Below, piece after piece: positions 63,566 through 64,000 of a stretch of 64,000 bases of DNA. The stretch is from contig OX597819.1 of assembly GCA_951406725.2 (NCBI GenBank), positions 55,304,001 through 55,368,000 of the forward strand, written 5' to 3'. This stretch comes from Octopus vulgaris. Taxonomy: Eukaryota. The notes below the pieces were generated by a model. It saw only the letters and a list, made by a program, of their open reading frames with translations, had not been told where the DNA came from and searched no databases. Each line of letters starts with the position of its first letter. Positions within the stretch are counted from its first letter, which is position 1. Made by a program: the position numbers and the translations under genes.

Positions 63566-64000
63566 ACATATATATAACAGCTAAATTCAAACAAAAAGGG
63601 AATTCATAATTTCAAAATAATCAGTAGTCTCAAAATACAAAAAAAAAATAGTCTGTGATAAATGAAAATTTTAAGTCACGCTTAAAATAGGGCGCTAAAG
63701 AATTTTTAGAAAGTTTTAAACAAGATGAAAAATAAAAGACAGAAAAAAAAACAACAAAAGAACACAAAACAAATGGATGATAACTTGGGTGAATGTCATC
63801 CTGTCTCAAAATTAAAACTTTTTAAAGGAATATCTCTCTATCTCTCTTGCTGCATTCCACACCCTTTTTTTTTCACTCACACATACACACACATTGACAT
63901 GCATACAATGAAAAAGTAATTTTCTAACAACAGGAAGAATATAAGAGAAAAGAATTCTGATTTGTTGTTACATTCTTGAGATGGGAAAATAAACGAAGTA

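Overview
This is AT-rich, repeat-saturated eukaryotic DNA. The SINE families and microsatellite load point to an Octopus (coleoid cephalopod) genome, which is an inference from pattern recognition only. There is no intact protein-coding ORF: the ORF track is almost entirely microsatellite and SINE read-through. Recognisable content falls into five groups. (1) At least four tRNA-derived SINE families, in dozens of copies. (2) RTE and Dong/R4 LINE fragments and a Gypsy LTR-gag-protease remnant. (3) DD41D, DD37D, m44-like, pogo-like and hAT DNA-transposon relics. (4) One clean non-autonomous Helitron and two Helentron-type HINEs. (5) Several Penelope-like pseudo-LTR pieces, some with minimal hammerhead-ribozyme motifs. 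In the scarce unique sequence, several very short AG-exon-GT units lie on the minus strand (1124-1135, 36879-36908, 41608-41655, 50213-50226, 50257-50270). They suggest the window is intronic in a large minus-strand gene with microexons, but the gene cannot be named. The best second-look items are the twin 14-nt exon cassette, a hammerhead split by a SINE, a young 760-bp Penelope-like palindrome, twin-priming inversions in RTE and SINE copies, and a SINE tetramer bounded by a target-site duplication (TSD). Most boundaries were read by eye and may be off by a few bases.
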